From a virus: a DNA stretch of 64,000 nt. The notes beneath the pieces were generated by a model. That model did not search any database and had not been told where the DNA came from. It was given only the letters and a program-made list of their open reading frames with translations. Both the position numbers and the translations under genes were made by a program. Below, one piece after another: positions 42,025 to 52,030 of the stretch (positions are counted from its first letter, which is position 1; each line of letters begins with the position of its first letter). Location: IMG/VR virus record IMGVR_UViG_3300043395_000996, positions 32,001 through 96,000 of that record; one strand, given 5' to 3'.

Positions 42025-43383
42025 TTATCCCATGTTCTCAACATACTTTTTATGTAATAATTTTTTCTCTAAACTTTCTCCATTTTTAGATTCTTTTTGT
42101 GCAATTATACCATCTGCCGATGTTGCTGCGAACACATCCATTATGCCGTGGAAAGTATCAATCTTTGCCGGAAAAGTCATTCCATCAGGTCCAAATCGAT
42201 TCTTAACGATGTGAATACGACCTGTGTTTGATAACTTATCTTTTGTTTTTCTACTAACACTCATAATGAAGTCAGCGGTTTGCACTTTCTTATATGAATC
42301 TCCTACCGAATCCGCTTGGATAACTTCGTGGTCGATTGCTGAACGATTGGTTTGAGTTGCTGTCCAAATTGGAATACCCGTTTCACCACTCAATCCTCTC
42401 AATTCCTCATAGATACCACCTAATTCGGCGTATAATCCATCTCTATTACTATTACCACTTTTTAACAAATCGGCATAATCTATGATAATTAAATCGGGAC
42501 TATATCCCATTGTTTTTAATTTCTCAATATGAGCCGAAAGTGTTTTCGCAGATGCGAATTGTGGTGGATAGTACTTAATACGAACTCTACCTGGAGTGTT
42601 TTTGATTTTACGAATAATCTCTTCCTTCTTCTCTTTATGTTCTGAAGTTTGGATTCCCGTAAGAATTGTGGTATATCTCTGTCCTACATAACTTTCAGAT
42701 AATTCCAAAGTATAATGTAAAACATTCATACCTTTTTGAACTGCCGAACAAGCAATCTTTGATAAGAACCAACTCTTACCAATACCCGATGGCGCCATTA
42801 CAACACCCAATTCACCTGGTCCCAATCCACCATCCATTAATTCATCGATAACCTCCCATCCCGTTGAAACTGAATTACGTTTTACCTCCTCCATAATGGA
42901 TTCAAATTCGGTAATATAATCCAATCCCAAATCATTTTCAACACCAACTTTAGATGCAGCGGTCATTGTATCTATGATTTTATCATATTGACCTGCTTTC
43001 AGTAATTCTACTGATTTTAAAAGTGCATCTTTTACTTTTTGGTTTTTGGCAAATGTGAGATATTCTTTCTTAACGTATTGTAAATCTTCTGAACCAACTT
43101 GTAAATATACATTCTTTAATTGCTCAACAGCGGTTTGTTTGAGAATTTTATCCTCAATATCTCCAACTTTAATTTTAAACACTTCCATTGTAGGAACTGT
43201 TCTATATTCGTTGAAGTAGGACAATACTTCTCCAACAATCCATTTGTTAGCTTCGGATTCAAAGAATGTTGGTTTTGTAATTTCGTTTACCTGTTCTAAA
43301 AACTTAACATCTGTGATAAGGGAAGCAACTACTTTGGATTGATACGATTGACCATATTTGGTTAGTGTATCTACTGCTTCCAT
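42025..43383 (-). CDS. dnaB: Replicative helicase (DnaB / T4 gp41-like)
   Basis: APSGIGKS, TLEL, IIDYADL, ATQTNR, KNRFG. Confidence 0.94.
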   Translation of the reverse strand: MEAVDTLTKYGQSYQSKVVASLITDVKFLEQVNEITKPTFFESEANKWIVGEVLSYFNEYRTVPTMEVFKIKVGDIEDKILKQTAVEQLKNVYLQVGSEDLQYVKKEYLTFAKNQKVKDALLKSVELLKAGQYDKIIDTMTAASKVGVENDLGLDYITEFESIMEEVKRNSVSTGWEVIDELMDGGLGPGELGVVMAPSGIGKSWFLSKIACSAVQKGMNVLHYTLELSESYVGQRYTTILTGIQTSEHKEKKEEIIRKIKNTPGRVRIKYYPPQFASAKTLSAHIEKLKTMGYSPDLIIIDYADLLKSGNSNRDGLYAELGGIYEELRGLSGETGIPIWTATQTNRSAIDHEVIQADSVGDSYKKVQTADFIMSVSRKTKDKLSNTGRIHIVKNRFGPDGMTFPAKIDTFHGIMDVFAATSADGIIAQKESKNGESLEKKLLHKKYVENMG

Positions 43384-43619
43384 TATGCTTTAGCTTTTTT
43401 CTTTTTTGATTTTTTTTCTATTTGGTCGGTAGCTTGGTCGGCTACTTGGTCGGTAACTTGTACGGTCTTTGGTTTGCGAGTTGCAAGTTTCCATTCTGAT
43501 TTTGGAATAAATTTCCAATAACCACCTTTTACTCTTTCTTCTGCATCGATATCCGATACTCTACGGATTTCATCTAATTCGTAACCCTTTGCTACTTTAA
43601 TACATTTAATACACTTCAT
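43383..43619 (-). CDS. Hypothetical protein with basic C-terminus
   Basis: 78 aa; short QVTDQVADQATDQ repeat; ends KKSKKKKAKA. Confidence 0.65.
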   Translation of the reverse strand: MKCIKCIKVAKGYELDEIRRVSDIDAEERVKGGYWKFIPKSEWKLATRKPKTVQVTDQVADQATDQIEKKSKKKKAKA

Positions 43620-43646
43620 ACTTTTTGTCCATGTTTAATTTAAAAA

Positions 43647-43955
43647 TTATTTTACTATCATTAAGATTTCTGATTCTCTTAATAGGATATATTTGTTACC
43701 ACCAATTTTGATTTCTATACCCTGATGGTATGGTGGTAAAATTACTTCATCTCCAACTTCTACATTCATTGGAATTAAAGTTCCACTTTGTGTGTAGATA
43801 CCAGGTCCTACCGATTCTACTTTTGCTCGTTTTACATCTTCAGATTTTGCTGAATCGGGAATGATGATTCCACCAGCGGTTGTTGATTCTTTTTCTGAAT
43901 CTAATTCTGTTAGAAGAACTCTATCTCCTAATGGTTTTGCTAATCTTTCTGCCAT
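43647..43955 (-). CDS. groES: Co-chaperonin GroES
   Basis: KPLGDRV, TTAGGIIIPDSAK, VGPG, LRESEIL. Confidence 0.95.
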   Translation of the reverse strand: MAERLAKPLGDRVLLTELDSEKESTTAGGIIIPDSAKSEDVKRAKVESVGPGIYTQSGTLIPMNVEVGDEVILPPYHQGIEIKIGGNKYILLRESEILMIVK

Positions 43956-43979
43956 AACTTATTTATTATTTTAATTTTA

Positions 43980-44011
43980 CAAATATACTATTTTTTTTAT
44001 TATTTAACAAA
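43980..44011 (-). promoter_or_regulatory. Bacteroidota-type promoter upstream of groES
   Basis: TTTG-N20-TATATTTG. Confidence 0.75.
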
Positions 44012-44833
44012 TTAATTAAAATATTTTGAATTATTTTTTACAATATATTCATATATTTTTTTATCTGCATTTTTACTCCAATGAAAATCTCCTTCAATCC
44101 CGTCCTCTCCATTCGATTTAAGAAACAATGCGTGCAATGTCTCCAATTCGCCCATATTTTTTTCTAATTCACTTCTACCTATTATATTACTATCATTTCC
44201 CAATGTATCAAAATCATAAGACCAACTTAAAAATAGTGTCTTAAATTTAAATGCTTTTGAAAAAGAATAAAATTGCTTATTGTAATTATCCAAAATGGGT
44301 TTAGAAGTATTTATAATTGTAGATAATTGATTATAGCTAAATTTAGATGAATTATTTAAAAAATAGTTAAGTTCAAATTCATTATAATACGTTTCTCTAT
44401 CAAATTCATTTTCATATAAATCTTCTATTAGGGTATCAGGTATAACGTTCAATGGATGTATTAAATCTTTTTTAATATTTGAATGATAATTTGAATTTGC
44501 ATGATATGCTATAAAAGAATCTTCAACGGATTCATTTAATTTATCCATTTTGAGATTTTCTCCGAAATCTAAACAAATTTTAGGATTTGTAATTGGATAT
44601 CTTACTCTAGCTGTTGTTGGTAGCATCAATATAACCAAATCATCATCAGCAATTATATGTAAGCATTTTAAATAAATTTCAATTATTGTTTGAATATCTC
44701 TACCACCTCTAGTACTAATGATTAAATCTTTACCAACAAATCGTTCTTTTAATAGATATTGCCAAGAAAGCTTACCATTTCTCATAGCAGCAAAACTATC
44801 GCCAATTATCCATAATTTTTGATTTGTTTTCAT
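44012..44833 (-). CDS. SGNH/GDSL-like hydrolase-fold protein
   Basis: IIGDSFA, GDFHWS. Confidence 0.7.
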   Translation of the reverse strand: MKTNQKLWIIGDSFAAMRNGKLSWQYLLKERFVGKDLIISTRGGRDIQTIIEIYLKCLHIIADDDLVILMLPTTARVRYPITNPKICLDFGENLKMDKLNESVEDSFIAYHANSNYHSNIKKDLIHPLNVIPDTLIEDLYENEFDRETYYNEFELNYFLNNSSKFSYNQLSTIINTSKPILDNYNKQFYSFSKAFKFKTLFLSWSYDFDTLGNDSNIIGRSELEKNMGELETLHALFLKSNGEDGIEGDFHWSKNADKKIYEYIVKNNSKYFN

Positions 44834-45886
44834 TTAAAATTTTGATAAATGTGAAAATGTTGATTGTAACCAATCTAATACATTGGGAAAAGAATCCAAA
44901 ACACGATGCTTTAATCCTAATTTAAGAAATTCTTGCTTTTCAAATTTAGTGATTGGTTCATCGTATCTATCCATAATTTTCATTTTAAGATTCCCGCTGA
45001 ATTGTGGTTCTGATAATTGCATTAATTTACGATTTCTTTCACATATTTCCAAATTATTTAAAAACAATTCATGTGCTTTTACTTTTTTATCCAAAGTATT
45101 TATATAATCAACCATAGTTTCGGTTGTTTGTATAGTTTCTTCAGTAAGAAGTGGAAATGCTTTTATAATTGTCTTAGCTCCTAATCCGATAATACCTTCG
45201 ATGTTATCCGATTTATCACCATCAATCATTCTGAAATTAATAAAATTGTGTGGATGAAATCCATACTCTTCTTTAACTTCATCAATGTTATAAACTTTCT
45301 TTTTTGTTGGCGAATAAACTGATACATCTTTGTTTACCAATTGTAAGAAATCTTTATCGGAACTCATAATAATAACTTTCTCATCTTCTTTTCGAAGTTG
45401 AGTTGCTACATATCCAATAACATCATCAGCCTCAATACCATCGTAAACCATTAGGGTTACAGGTAGGGCTGTTAATAGTTCGGCTAATCCAACCATCTGC
45501 CTTCTCATAGAGATTTGCTCATCTTCGGGATTCATATCCACAGTGATGGCACGATTTAGGCGGATTTTGTTTTTAGCTCTATCGGCTTTATAACCTCCGT
45601 AAATTTTCTTTCTGCTATCTGAACCACCCTTACCATCGAATACAATGATACAACGGGTTGGATTTAAGGTACGGATGGCGTAGCCGATACTCTTTAGAGT
45701 ACCGACTATTCCTCCAATATGGTCACCATTATCGTTTAAATTTGGTGCAGTTGACCAAGAACGTATGAAGGTATTAAGACCATCAATAATTAAGGTTTTC
45801 GAATTTTTTTGTAAATCACCGAATCCTTTATGTTCTTCATCTATTTGTTTTAGTATATCTAAATACTTCTTATTAATCTGACTCAT
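44834..45886 (-). CDS. 5'-3' exonuclease / flap endonuclease (T4 RNase H-like)
   Basis: IIDGLN, VFDG, YKADR, EADDVI, SSDKDFLQL, GDKSDNI.G..GLG.KT. Confidence 0.93.
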   Translation of the reverse strand: MSQINKKYLDILKQIDEEHKGFGDLQKNSKTLIIDGLNTFIRSWSTAPNLNDNGDHIGGIVGTLKSIGYAIRTLNPTRCIIVFDGKGGSDSRKKIYGGYKADRAKNKIRLNRAITVDMNPEDEQISMRRQMVGLAELLTALPVTLMVYDGIEADDVIGYVATQLRKEDEKVIIMSSDKDFLQLVNKDVSVYSPTKKKVYNIDEVKEEYGFHPHNFINFRMIDGDKSDNIEGIIGLGAKTIIKAFPLLTEETIQTTETMVDYINTLDKKVKAHELFLNNLEICERNRKLMQLSEPQFSGNLKMKIMDRYDEPITKFEKQEFLKLGLKHRVLDSFPNVLDWLQSTFSHLSKF

Positions 45887-46982
45887 TGGCTACATCCGTT
45901 GTTTCATCAACTTCCTCTGCTGCGGAACTTTTATATTGTAAAATACAAACCTCACATATCTTACGATAAATTTGGTCTTTTAACTCTTCGTTTTTATCAA
46001 GGATATCTGGGAAATCCTTTGATTGGAATTTGATAATTTCACCGGTATCGGTATCGGTATATTCATACCAAGCACCACCTTGCTTTACCAATTTGTTATC
46101 TTTCATTACTCCCAACCAACTTCCGTAATTATCGATACCTCTATCAAAGAAGATATTGAAATCCGCGTGTCTTAATGGTGGTCCTAAACGATTTTTGATA
46201 ACCTGTGCTCTTACTTTGATACCAACAATCTTATCACCTACTTTAAGTTGTCCCATAGATTTTAAACGGAATCTAACAGAAGCATGGAATGCCAATGCTT
46301 TACCGCCTGATGTTGTCCAAGGGTCACTAAATGCCATTGCGTTCATTTTCTGACGAAGTTGGTTAGTAAACACTAAACAAATGTTTTGTCTACCAATCAT
46401 ATTCGTAATCTTTCTCATTGCTTTGGAGATGATGATTGCTTTATCAGTTGCGTAACCATCTTTATCGTAATCAGCTTCTAATTCCTTCTTTGTAGATGCA
46501 GCTGCTACTGAATCCACTACGATGGTTACCAATCGATTTTTATCACCTGTTCGAACTTTCTCAATGATTGTTTCACACGCTTCAAAAATACCTTCAACCG
46601 TATCTACTGATACATAAAGTAATTTCGAAATATCAACACCAATTGCTTCCAAAAACTCCCTATTAACGGCGGTTTCGGTATCAATTAGAACTGCTACTCC
46701 ATTTTTCTTTTGTGTTTCAGCTAACAGATGGGCAGAGAGCAGAGATTTTCCACTCTGCTCTAAACCCGTAATCTCTGCTATACGGCCAACTGGCAAACCA
46801 CCATAAGGTCTATTAGAAACTGCTACATCCAAAAGAGCGTTACCCGTAGATACCCAATCTTTTACGTTAGTGGGAGCATCGCCTCCACCATCCGTAAGGA
46901 AGTATGCAATCCTACCATCCTTATTTTGTTTGTTTAACGATTCGGCGAGAACACTCGCTAAATCTTCTTGTACTTTGGCCAT
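45873..46982 (-). CDS. uvsX: RecA/UvsX recombinase
   Basis: GLEQSGKS, IDTE, VVDSVA, FTNQLR, TTSGGKALAFHAS. Confidence 0.95.
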   Translation of the reverse strand: MAKVQEDLASVLAESLNKQNKDGRIAYFLTDGGGDAPTNVKDWVSTGNALLDVAVSNRPYGGLPVGRIAEITGLEQSGKSLLSAHLLAETQKKNGVAVLIDTETAVNREFLEAIGVDISKLLYVSVDTVEGIFEACETIIEKVRTGDKNRLVTIVVDSVAAASTKKELEADYDKDGYATDKAIIISKAMRKITNMIGRQNICLVFTNQLRQKMNAMAFSDPWTTSGGKALAFHASVRFRLKSMGQLKVGDKIVGIKVRAQVIKNRLGPPLRHADFNIFFDRGIDNYGSWLGVMKDNKLVKQGGAWYEYTDTDTGEIIKFQSKDFPDILDKNEELKDQIYRKICEVCILQYKSSAAEEVDETTDVANESD

Positions 46983-46994
46983 AATTGTAACCTA

Positions 46995-47849
46995 TTAATT
47001 GTTAAATAAATCATCAAATGCTGATGCTACATCATCCTTTTGTGCGGGTGCTTTTGGTGCCGCAGGTTCTGCTGGCGTTTCCCAAGGTAAATCACCGATT
47101 TCCGATGTTCCACCTAAATCAGCTGAAACGGATGATTGTTTAGCTGCTGGTTTCGGTGCTTCTAATTCTTCAACAACTTCATCAGCGCCCGTAGTTGATG
47201 AACCTGGATTCAACCAATTTTCTAATACACCCTTTAATTCTGAATAAGATAATTCTGAATATAATTCGGTAATGTTCTTTTGGTTTTCCAATAAAGTTTC
47301 AATTTGAGTAGCATCTTCAGCCAATTTAGATTGAGATGGCTTTACTCTAATAGTAGTTGTTGGATAAGCTGCGTTTGAATCTTCAGCTGAAGTGATTTCT
47401 ACAACGATATCTCTACCACTCATTGGGTCGGTAATATCTCCGTAATCCGGGTCAGCAATGTATCCCAAAATGTCTTGGTAAACAGTCTTACCAAATCCCC
47501 AAAATTTAACACCTTCATTCTCTTTACCTCTTACGATAACTGGTACGAAAGTTCTCAACTTTGGCTCCATCTTCTTACCTGCTTTCCAATCATCAGTATC
47601 GCCTGTACGTTTTAATTTTTCAGCGAATTCAACAATTGGGTCAGGTCTGCCAAATGAAGCAGGACTCAAATAAGTTTTGTTGTTAATGTTGTAGTGAAAG
47701 AATAATTCAATGAAAGGAATATCTTTATTGAATTTGTAGGGAACTAATCTGATTTGATGTTTTCCCGGTGTTGGCTTCCAAAGTGAATCTGATTTTTTGG
47801 AAGTGTTTTGTAACGAGTTGAATCTCGATAGGGCAAGTTTAATGTCCAT
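46995..47849 (-). CDS. Single-stranded DNA-binding protein (T4 gp32-like)
   Basis: LWKP..GK..IR, GVKFWGFGK, DPMSGRDI; acidic tail AFDDLF. Confidence 0.85.
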   Translation of the reverse strand: MDIKLALSRFNSLQNTSKKSDSLWKPTPGKHQIRLVPYKFNKDIPFIELFFHYNINNKTYLSPASFGRPDPIVEFAEKLKRTGDTDDWKAGKKMEPKLRTFVPVIVRGKENEGVKFWGFGKTVYQDILGYIADPDYGDITDPMSGRDIVVEITSAEDSNAAYPTTTIRVKPSQSKLAEDATQIETLLENQKNITELYSELSYSELKGVLENWLNPGSSTTGADEVVEELEAPKPAAKQSSVSADLGGTSEIGDLPWETPAEPAAPKAPAQKDDVASAFDDLFNN

Positions 47850-47946
47850 TTTTTTACGTTTTAAAGTTAATAATTAAGTTTAATGTTTAAGGTTTTATCG
47901 CGATATCCTATATATCTAAATATAACCTTTTTGCATTTTTGTTTCA

Positions 47947-47978
47947 CAAATATAACACTTTTTTTCTGATTTTCCAAA
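47947..47978 (-). promoter_or_regulatory. Bacteroidota-type promoter upstream of the SSB
   Basis: TTTG-N20-TATATTTG. Confidence 0.75.
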
Positions 47979-48422
47979 TTATTTTTCAAAGTATTTTACT
48001 TCAATTCCAGCCTCTTCAAACATCTTAATAGAACGTTCTGCTGAGTCTTTCCAAATTTGATTCCAGGGTTTGTTACTTTTAGAAAATACTACCTTTTTGA
48101 TACCGGCATTTATGATACCTCTAGCACAATCTGCACAACTGATATCACACGTCATATACATTGTAGTTCCTAATGTTGATACTCCGATTCGTGCGGCATT
48201 ATAGATAGCATTTCTTTCAGCGTGTTCAAACCAATAATATTTTTCGGGTCTTTCTTGTCTTTGTTGGATATCATCGTTGATACCTCTCGGAAATGAATTA
48301 TAGCCTGTGGATACTATCTCATTGTTTTCGCCAACTATCACAACACCAATTTGAGTTTTTTGGTCTTTTGATTTTAGTTTAACTTGCTGAGCTATGTTAA
48401 TAAAATATTCTTCCCAATTCAT
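47979..48422 (-). CDS. dCMP deaminase
   Basis: TGYN, HAERNAI, SCADCARGII. Confidence 0.92.
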   Translation of the reverse strand: MNWEEYFINIAQQVKLKSKDQKTQIGVVIVGENNEIVSTGYNSFPRGINDDIQQRQERPEKYYWFEHAERNAIYNAARIGVSTLGTTMYMTCDISCADCARGIINAGIKKVVFSKSNKPWNQIWKDSAERSIKMFEEAGIEVKYFEK

Positions 48423-48775
48423 TACTTAGCCCATTTACCTCTTTGAACGATTTGTGCAATTACACCATATACTGATAAATCTTCGTAAGTATCTTGTATA
48501 GATTCGCCAACCTCATCAGGTTGTCCTAATACAACCAATTGTTTTAATCGTTGTACTTTATCATTGATTCTAAACCAAAGTCCTGTCAATGATAATTTAA
48601 CATCATCTTTTGTTTCTAACGAAGTTCCTACGGAAATGTTACCAGGTCCATAGTTCCTTTGCTTTTTACAAAAGGTAACATACATTTCATCTAAAATGTT
48701 TTTGAATTCTTGAGTCGTTTCTGGATAAACTCTTTCGCAATACGCAATCGCACTTTCTTCTTTAATTTCTGTCAT
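48422..48775 (-). CDS. DUF1599 / nucleotide-modification-associated domain 1 protein
   Basis: KKQRNYG...RINDKVQRL...ESIQDTYEDLSVY. Confidence 0.8.
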   Translation of the reverse strand: MTEIKEESAIAYCERVYPETTQEFKNILDEMYVTFCKKQRNYGPGNISVGTSLETKDDVKLSLTGLWFRINDKVQRLKQLVVLGQPDEVGESIQDTYEDLSVYGVIAQIVQRGKWAK

Positions 48776-48802
48776 AATTTATTTTTGATATAATTGTTTA
48801 CA

Positions 48803-48834
48803 CAAATATAAGAAAAATAAATTAAAAATCCAAA
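48803..48834 (-). promoter_or_regulatory. Bacteroidota-type promoter upstream of DUF1599
   Basis: TTTG-N20-TATATTTG. Confidence 0.75.
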
Positions 48835-49251
48835 TTAAAACGTATCAATATTTAATTCGGATAAATTAAAACTTTTAAAAACTTTTGTAGGGATTTTTTT
48901 GTATCCGTAATTGGATGTAGTCAATATACAATTTCTGAATTCTTCCCAATCAATCATAAAAGAATTATCTAGCATTCCGCCAGTCTTTGATTTAACAACT
49001 TCATTTAAAGCGTTAATTGTGTATATCGTATTTGATTGCTTCTTTCTATGAACCAATATAGTTTTCCATTGAGAATCTATTGGGGCAGAACCCTTTTCGA
49101 CATTAAAAGTTATAAACAAATCGGTTTCGTTTGCTTTACTTTCTAACACAAATATGTTAGGATTTATCAATGTGTATTTTTTTACAATAAAATCTAAAGA
49201 TATCTCTAATTCGTTTTTATATGTAAATAAACATAAAAGTTGTGTGTTCAT
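48835..49251 (-). CDS. Hypothetical protein
   Basis: 138 aa; ILVHRKKQSNTIYTINALN. Confidence 0.7.
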   Translation of the reverse strand: MNTQLLCLFTYKNELEISLDFIVKKYTLINPNIFVLESKANETDLFITFNVEKGSAPIDSQWKTILVHRKKQSNTIYTINALNEVVKSKTGGMLDNSFMIDWEEFRNCILTTSNYGYKKIPTKVFKSFNLSELNIDTF

Positions 49252-49254
49252 TTC

Positions 49255-51492
49255 TTATACTCTCTTTTTTTCATTATGGAATCTTCCGGCTCCTGGGTTT
49301 CTACTTCTTCCTTCTAAATCAAATCCAATATTAAATTCTGGTTTAGGATATGCTAATATATCAATACCATCAGAACTATCTATAAGAATTCTATGTTCTT
49401 TTACTAATTTAGAACCACCTCTATCTTCTTTTTGCGATAATACAGAATCGTTTGAAAAATCTTGCACATCAACATTTGTATTATATGCTTCGTGTGCTAA
49501 TTCTGTGTACATATATCTGGATTCCAATCTCAATCGTAATGTTGCTATTGTATCATTACTAACATCCAATCCCGCTTTTTCTCTTTCTAATACAACTTTT
49601 GCAAGAGCGCTTGTAACTTTACTAGCACCATTTCCACCCTTTTTTAATTCATTTTCAATACGAGCAATAAATTGAGGGCTTACATTTAATTTTGCAGCCT
49701 TTTGTTTTAACTCTTCTTGATATTGTTTATTCAATTGTTTATGTTGTGCTAATGGAGCATCTAATTTTAATTCAAATGGTTTACCATGTGCTTCAGCTAA
49801 TTCAGTAACACCTTTTTTAATTAATCCTTTTGGGTCGTTTTTATAAGTTGATTTTTTACATTTAGAAGCCAATCCACTTGCTCCTCCGATTCCTTTTTTA
49901 ACACTTCTACCATCCAATGTTACAATTCTATTCTCACCCTTTCCATTGGAAACAGTAATAACATCAACTGTTTCTAATGTTGTAGATTGCGGTAATAATG
50001 CACATTTACCATTTTGAGTTCCTCTACCATTATCGTGCATCTCTCTAATTGCTACAAATATTTCAGCGTAATTTGCCCATCCTTCTTTTAAAGATGGCTC
50101 TCCTTCGTGATTTGCTATATTAGATAGTATTGTTTCAAATTCTTTTGACCATGCGGCTGGGTCTTTATTTGGGTCTTTTTTTGAAAAATTACCAAGAGTA
50201 TCTATTAAACCTAATGTTTCTTTATCCGTTATTAGAGCTTTATCAGCCAATCCTTTGAATCTTAATGCCATACCTGAAATAGATTCTTTGATTACCTTTA
50301 CTCTATTTTCTGGAGAATCAGGTATAGTCCCACTATCCATATCAATAAAATCCAAATCGCCTGCTTTTATTTTTTCAGCGTATTCATCTAATGTTCTATT
50401 ATTTTTTTCTATTGCCTTTCTCTCTTTATCAGTTTTAGCCGTTTTTGGGTCTATTCTAACAATATTCATTGCTCCAATTTGAACATTGGTTACAACACCA
50501 TTACTTTCTTTAACTTTTGATGCGTTTTTTAATAATCGTGTTTTACCATTATTATCAACATATGTCTGATTTGCTGTTGAAAGTTTACCACCAAAAGTAG
50601 ATGGAGATAATTCAGCCATACCATATTTTCTAACATATTGACCAAATGCTCCGTGAACGGGATTAGATGAATCTTTTGCACCAACATATACTCTTACTCT
50701 GGCAGTAGGTCCTTGGTTTTTCCAATTACCCGGTTGTTTTGCAATATAAAACTTTGTAGCGTTTGGATTATTTTCCGTTGGTTCTGCAACTCTAATATAT
50801 TGTGCGGCTAATTTTTGTTCGGCAGGAGATATTTTTTCTCCATTGAATATTTTTTTAGCAATTTCTGCAACTTGTTTGTGTTCAGCTGCATATGGATTTC
50901 CTTTTGATTTTGAAAACTTATCTAAAGTATCTAATATAGATGTTTGTGCCTGAATTGTATTTTGTAAGTTTTTCTCCTTATTTCTAACATTTCCCAATCC
51001 ATCTACTACATCTGAAAATTTATTAGAAGTAGTTGTAGTGGTTTGTGGTTCAAATACATTTGCTCCACCACCTTTCACTCCAAAAGCGTTTACAGGTTGT
51101 TCTTCATCTCCTGGTGCAGTATCAACCATACTAATATCACTCATCTTATGGCCGGCTTGTGTAAACATAGCTTTTGCCATTTTATATGCTTGTGATGTTT
51201 TATCATATCCCAATGCAGATGATACTTTAACCATCTTTTTTGTTTCAGGATTTTCAAAAGTAGTATCCAATGTTTTTTGTAAATCTTGCTTTGGAGATTT
51301 AACTAGATTTTTTACTTTTGGAGTTTTTTTAACTTTTTCTCTTAAACGGGAAATAGCATTAAAATTAGATATACCATTTTCTCTCAAAATAGATTCTAAT
51401 TCTACAATATGTTCTTCGTTTGTTAAATCAACAATTCCGCTAGGAACTCTGTAACTTAATTCCAATAATATTTCTTCAAAATTTGGAGTCAT
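49255..51492 (-). CDS. Large hypothetical protein, possibly virion-internal, with a PD-(D/E)XK-like motif
   Basis: 745 aa; TVDVI...DGRSVKK; shares a 26-aa module with 11752..12591. Confidence 0.6.
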   Translation of the reverse strand: MTPNFEEILLELSYRVPSGIVDLTNEEHIVELESILRENGISNFNAISRLREKVKKTPKVKNLVKSPKQDLQKTLDTTFENPETKKMVKVSSALGYDKTSQAYKMAKAMFTQAGHKMSDISMVDTAPGDEEQPVNAFGVKGGGANVFEPQTTTTTSNKFSDVVDGLGNVRNKEKNLQNTIQAQTSILDTLDKFSKSKGNPYAAEHKQVAEIAKKIFNGEKISPAEQKLAAQYIRVAEPTENNPNATKFYIAKQPGNWKNQGPTARVRVYVGAKDSSNPVHGAFGQYVRKYGMAELSPSTFGGKLSTANQTYVDNNGKTRLLKNASKVKESNGVVTNVQIGAMNIVRIDPKTAKTDKERKAIEKNNRTLDEYAEKIKAGDLDFIDMDSGTIPDSPENRVKVIKESISGMALRFKGLADKALITDKETLGLIDTLGNFSKKDPNKDPAAWSKEFETILSNIANHEGEPSLKEGWANYAEIFVAIREMHDNGRGTQNGKCALLPQSTTLETVDVITVSNGKGENRIVTLDGRSVKKGIGGASGLASKCKKSTYKNDPKGLIKKGVTELAEAHGKPFELKLDAPLAQHKQLNKQYQEELKQKAAKLNVSPQFIARIENELKKGGNGASKVTSALAKVVLEREKAGLDVSNDTIATLRLRLESRYMYTELAHEAYNTNVDVQDFSNDSVLSQKEDRGGSKLVKEHRILIDSSDGIDILAYPKPEFNIGFDLEGRSRNPGAGRFHNEKKRV

Positions 51493-51497
51493 TTATT

Positions 51498-51974
51498 TTA
51501 TCGTTTTGATGCGTAAATTTTTGTAGAGTTTGTTTTCTTTGCATCGTGTGGTCTAAAAACTTCCCAACGTGAACCATCTTTAAAAACTATGTTTCCACCA
51601 TGTGGGCTGGTTCGAGTATATACACCACTATCTCCGTTTTCTAATCTTTTTTTAAGTTCAACGGCATCTTTATCGACATATGTAGTACCTCTATCTGAAG
51701 TATGTAAATTTGGTACAATAGATTTAGCTACCATTGATAAATCTACTTGCTTATCTACCTTTATATCGGTTATGGATTTATCTTTTACTCCACCAAATAC
51801 CGATGTTCCTTTTACGGGATTAGAATTTTTAGCAGCTTGACCTGCGGTTGTGGCTTTACCTGCAATTGTAACTTTTGTATCAGGTCTTAATTGATGTTGT
51901 TTTTGATATGCATCAAATGCGTCTTGATTTCTAAAATCAATTTCCTTTAAGGGAATCAGGTTTACTAATTTCAT
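51498..51974 (-). CDS. Hypothetical protein with MKLVNLIPLKE leader
   Basis: 158-aa ORF downstream of a late-type motif. Confidence 0.65.
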   Translation of the reverse strand: MKLVNLIPLKEIDFRNQDAFDAYQKQHQLRPDTKVTIAGKATTAGQAAKNSNPVKGTSVFGGVKDKSITDIKVDKQVDLSMVAKSIVPNLHTSDRGTTYVDKDAVELKKRLENGDSGVYTRTSPHGGNIVFKDGSRWEVFRPHDAKKTNSTKIYASKR

Positions 51975-52030
51975 TTTTATATTATTTACAAATGTATTCC
52001 TATATAATTATATGATATAAATATAAATTT

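Noticed and set aside
47850-47946. T4 gene-32-like autoregulatory AU-rich operator
   Set aside because: The leader is long and AT-rich, but no pseudoknot could be identified and background AT content is high
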